Of a DNA stretch of 35,505 nucleotides, positions 33,677 through 35,505 are shown piece by piece. The DNA is from Steroidobacteraceae bacterium. Its GTDB lineage: Bacteria > Pseudomonadota > Gammaproteobacteria > Steroidobacterales > Steroidobacteraceae. Position numbers and translations under genes: made by a program. Numbering within the stretch: position 1 is the stretch's first letter; every line of letters starts with the position of its first letter. The notes beneath the pieces are model-generated. The model ran no database searches. It saw nothing but the letters and a program-made list of their open reading frames with translations, and was not told the origin of the DNA. Where the stretch lies: the NCBI GenBank assembly GCA_035630995.1, contig DASQJS010000155.1, forward strand, positions 1 through 35,505, given 5' to 3'.

Positions 33677-33867
33677 AAGCGCTACCCGATAGTGCCGGTG
33701 CAAGCCATTGCTCTCGAACCAGAGCAACAAGGTGGGACCGGCCCTGACATTTAAGGCTTTCCGCCAGAGGCGGACCTGCACAATGCTGTCAGAAAGCGTT
33801 GGTCCCGGGCGTTTACATTACGGTCGAGAGGTAACCCGACTTACTGTCGAACACCACAGGCAGCGCC
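33677..33867 (-). ncRNA. ssrS: 6S RNA
   Basis: Located between zapA and the 5-FCL gene, as in E. coli. The minus strand contains GGUCCGCCUCUGGCGGAAAGCCUUAAAU, compared with E. coli GGUCCGUCCGAGAAGCCUUAAAA as I recall it. GGUCCG begins 91 nt from the predicted 5' end (92 in E. coli). The downstream hairpin CACCUUGUUGCUCUGGUUCGAGAGCAAUGG parallels E. coli CACCUUGAACCAAGGGUUCAAGG. The closing stem is 5' GCGCUGCC with 3' GGUAGCGC. An extended -10, TGGTAGAGT, lies at 33873-33881, placing the TSS near 33866. The ends are approximate. Confidence 0.75.
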
Positions 33868-33904
33868 AGAACACTCTACCATCCTCAGGCGCAAGCGCCA
33901 CGTC

Positions 33905-33931
33905 GGAAAACGCCGCCAATGAGGCGGCGTT
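33905..33931 (-). terminator. terminator-like hairpin after zapA
   Basis: On the minus strand, AACGCCGCC-TCATT-GGCGGCGTT is followed by TTCC; counting the last two stem Ts this reads GGCGGCGTTTTCC. It begins 23 nt after the zapA stop. Confidence 0.65.
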
Positions 33932-33954
33932 CGTGAAGTGGTTGGGGATTTCGC

Positions 33955-34272
33955 TCAAAGATCCAGTTGGCGGGTTCTTTGAAGCGCACCTTCGACACGT
34001 TCGCGCATCTGCTTCACACGGCCGGTGACATTGCCTTGCAGATCGTGGTCGAGTTTGCGAAGACGCAGAAGTTCATTGGCCATGTTGAGCGCGGCCATCA
34101 CCGCGATGCGATCTGCACCCACCACTTTTCCGGTGTCGCGGATCTCGCGCATCTTCTTGTTCAGGTATTCGGCGGAGTCGAGAAGGTCGGCGCGTTCGTC
34201 CTGCGGGCAGGAGACGAAATATTCCTTTTCCAGGATCCGTACGGTGACGGTCGCCGGTTCTTTCTCGCTCAT
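33955..34272 (-). CDS. zapA: cell-division protein ZapA
   Basis: VTVRILEKEYFVSCPQDERADLLDSAEYLNKKMREIR......RIAVMAALNMANELL is the ZapA pattern. 105 aa. Confidence 0.9.
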   Translation of the reverse strand: MSEKEPATVTVRILEKEYFVSCPQDERADLLDSAEYLNKKMREIRDTGKVVGADRIAVMAALNMANELLRLRKLDHDLQGNVTGRVKQMRERVEGALQRTRQLDL

Positions 34273-34517
34273 GCAGTGTGCTCCATCGTTTTCAGGCGGC
34301 CGATCATGGCCTCCACGCGGGCGCGCACCTGGTCGTTGCGCTGCGCGAACGCGGAGCGTTCGGCGGCGAGCGATTCCTGGCGCTGTCGCAAGGCGCGGTT
34401 CTCTTCTTTGAGAGTGTCGACGGTGGTGAGAAGTTCTTCGACGCGGCGTTCAAGCAGCGCGATTTCCGTGGCGAACACGCTTTTGCCGGTCTTGTTGTTA
34501 TCAGATGTGTCGTTCAT
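34269..34517 (-). CDS. small coiled-coil protein upstream of zapA (ZapB-like / TIGR02449-like; tentative)
   Basis: 82 aa with a heptad-rich sequence, LLERRVEELLTTVDTLKEENRALRQRQESLAAERSAFAQRNDQVRARVEAMIGRLKTME. Its stop overlaps the zapA start (ATGA). The 154-aa track ORF extension overlaps the divergent ygfB start and looks spurious. Confidence 0.7.
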   Translation of the reverse strand: MNDTSDNNKTGKSVFATEIALLERRVEELLTTVDTLKEENRALRQRQESLAAERSAFAQRNDQVRARVEAMIGRLKTMEHTA

Positions 34518-34655
34518 GGGCGGGGAATATAGGGCACCCGGTGCCTTACCTCCAATATATTCAGGCGCGAGCGCCACTAAGGAAACCGCCGCCGAAGCGG
34601 CGTCGAACATGGATATTTGGAGGTTGCTCTCGCGGGGCTCGGGCATAATTCCCCC

Positions 34656-35222
34656 ATGTTGCCCGCCACTTACGATGAGTTCGAACGCGTGCTCCGGGAT
34701 GCCCGAGCATTGCCGGAGCCGGCCGAGGCGCACGGAACGCTGGCCGGCGCGCTCTGCAGTTCGCGCGATTACGGCCTGATCGAATGGCTGCGCGAGATCC
34801 TTCCCGAGGACTCACCCGAGGATGCAGCCCTGCAAAGCTCCGTTCTCCAGAACGTCTACAACTCCATGGTGAACACCCTGGTCGGAAGCGATGCGGATTT
34901 CGAGCCGCTGTTGCCCGATGATGATTCACCGCTCACGCTGCGCGCCGATGCACTGAGCCAGTGGTGTCAGGGCTTTCTATACGGCCTCGGTTCCGGCACC
35001 ACCAGCGATCCAGGCAAGGTGTCGATAGAGGCCGGCGAAATCATTCGCGATTTCACCGAGATCACTCACGTGGGCGTCGACGCGGACGAAGAGAACGAAG
35101 AAAACGAAGTCGCCTTCGCCGAAGTGGTCGAGTTCGTGCGCGTGGGTGTGCAGTTGTTGTTCGCAGAGTTGGCGCCCGCCCGTGGCGAGGAGCCGGAGCC
35201 CGGTGCCGCGTCCATCCATTAG
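34656..35222 (+). CDS. ygfB: UPF0149 (YgfB/YecA N-terminal-like) family protein
   Basis: EAHGTLAGALCS...ALSQWCQGFLYGLG...FAEVVEFVRVGVQLLF is the UPF0149 pattern. It is followed by pepP, as in E. coli. Start at ATG 34656 (MLPATYDEF). Confidence 0.88.
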   Translation: MLPATYDEFERVLRDARALPEPAEAHGTLAGALCSSRDYGLIEWLREILPEDSPEDAALQSSVLQNVYNSMVNTLVGSDADFEPLLPDDDSPLTLRADALSQWCQGFLYGLGSGTTSDPGKVSIEAGEIIRDFTEITHVGVDADEENEENEVAFAEVVEFVRVGVQLLFAELAPARGEEPEPGAASIH

Positions 35223-35262
35223 CAAGCTCACGCCCCGAAGACCTGCGCCGAGCCTGGCGCGC

Positions 35263-35505
35263 GTGCCTTCCGTCGGGCGCGAAGAATTCAAACGCCGCCG
35301 CCGCGCCTTGCTCAAGCAGATGGGCCGGGATTCGATCGCGATCGTGCCCACCTCACCCGTGCGTATGCGCAACAACGACGTTGAATACGCGTACCGTCCC
35401 GACAGCGATTTTTTCTACCTCACCGGTTTCGTAGAGCCTGAATCGGTGGCGGTGCTGGTGCCGGGCCGCCCGCAGGGCGAATACATTCTTTTCGTGCGGG
35501 ATCGC
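35263..35505 (+). CDS. pepP: Xaa-Pro aminopeptidase, N-terminal fragment (continues beyond the window)
   Basis: The frame reads ..EEFKRRRRALLKQMGRDSIAIVPTSPVRMRNNDVEYAYRPDSDFFYLTGFVEPESVAVLV. Compare E. coli PepP QEFQRRRQALVEQM...DSEYPYRQNSDFWYFTGFNEPEAVLVL, as I recall it. There is no in-frame ATG, so GTG at 35263 is my best guess for the start. Confidence 0.78.
   Translation, partial: MPSVGREEFKRRRRALLKQMGRDSIAIVPTSPVRMRNNDVEYAYRPDSDFFYLTGFVEPESVAVLVPGRPQGEYILFVRDR

Noticed and set aside
34961-35434. 157-aa plus-strand ORF spanning the ygfB-pepP junction
   Set aside because: It is out of frame with both ygfB and pepP, each of which has convincing homology, and its translation is Arg-rich with no recognisable motifs.
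1-35505. Search for mobile elements, CRISPR arrays, toxin-antitoxin pairs or known defence genes
   Set aside because: I recognised no transposase, integrase or recombinase motifs, no regularly spaced direct repeats, and no small adjacent gene pairs with TA-like features. The only tRNA, tRNA-Gln, is followed by a terminator and an ordinary gene rather than an integrated element.

Overview
High-G+C chromosomal window, most likely from a Gammaproteobacterium. This is inferred from the housekeeping synteny zapA / 6S RNA / 5-formyl-THF cyclo-ligase, divergent from ygfB-pepP, together with rplM-rpsI-tRNA-Gln, purC, djlA, rpe, rpiA and coq7. I see no transposase, integrase, CRISPR array, rRNA or recognisable defence gene. 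About 38 protein genes can be supported. Many long ORFs in the track are out-of-frame or antisense shadow ORFs typical of GC-rich DNA, and several true genes start well inside the listed ORF (purC, rpiA, one FtsX permease, crp-like, coq7, rplM, the small coiled-coil gene). Two accessory-looking blocks stand out. (1) 1-8330: an IclR regulator with a repeated TTTCG-N5-CGAAA palindrome, controlling a tight cluster of citryl-CoA-lyase-like enzyme, family III CoA-transferase, MetE-type Zn alkyltransferase, TonB-dependent receptor, VOC enzyme and a second MetE-type paralogue. I cannot assign a pathway to it. (2) 18770-30783, all on the minus strand: a near-consensus sigma-54 promoter in front of a MacA-like adaptor, one ABC ATPase and two different FtsX/MacB-type permeases. 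These are followed by an NtrC-type activator and a histidine kinase with almost no periplasmic loop, then GNAT, GST and ICMT-like genes, then a GH51 arabinofuranosidase and a serine hydrolase. Features not visible in the ORF track are a 6S RNA (ssrS), tRNA-Gln(CUG), a partial alpha/beta hydrolase and a partial pepP at the window edges, an ~80-bp inverted-repeat element present twice, and a strongly signalled 15-codon Lys/Ala micro-ORF with two hairpins upstream of rpiA. All functional calls rest on motif and family recognition by eye. No database search was run.
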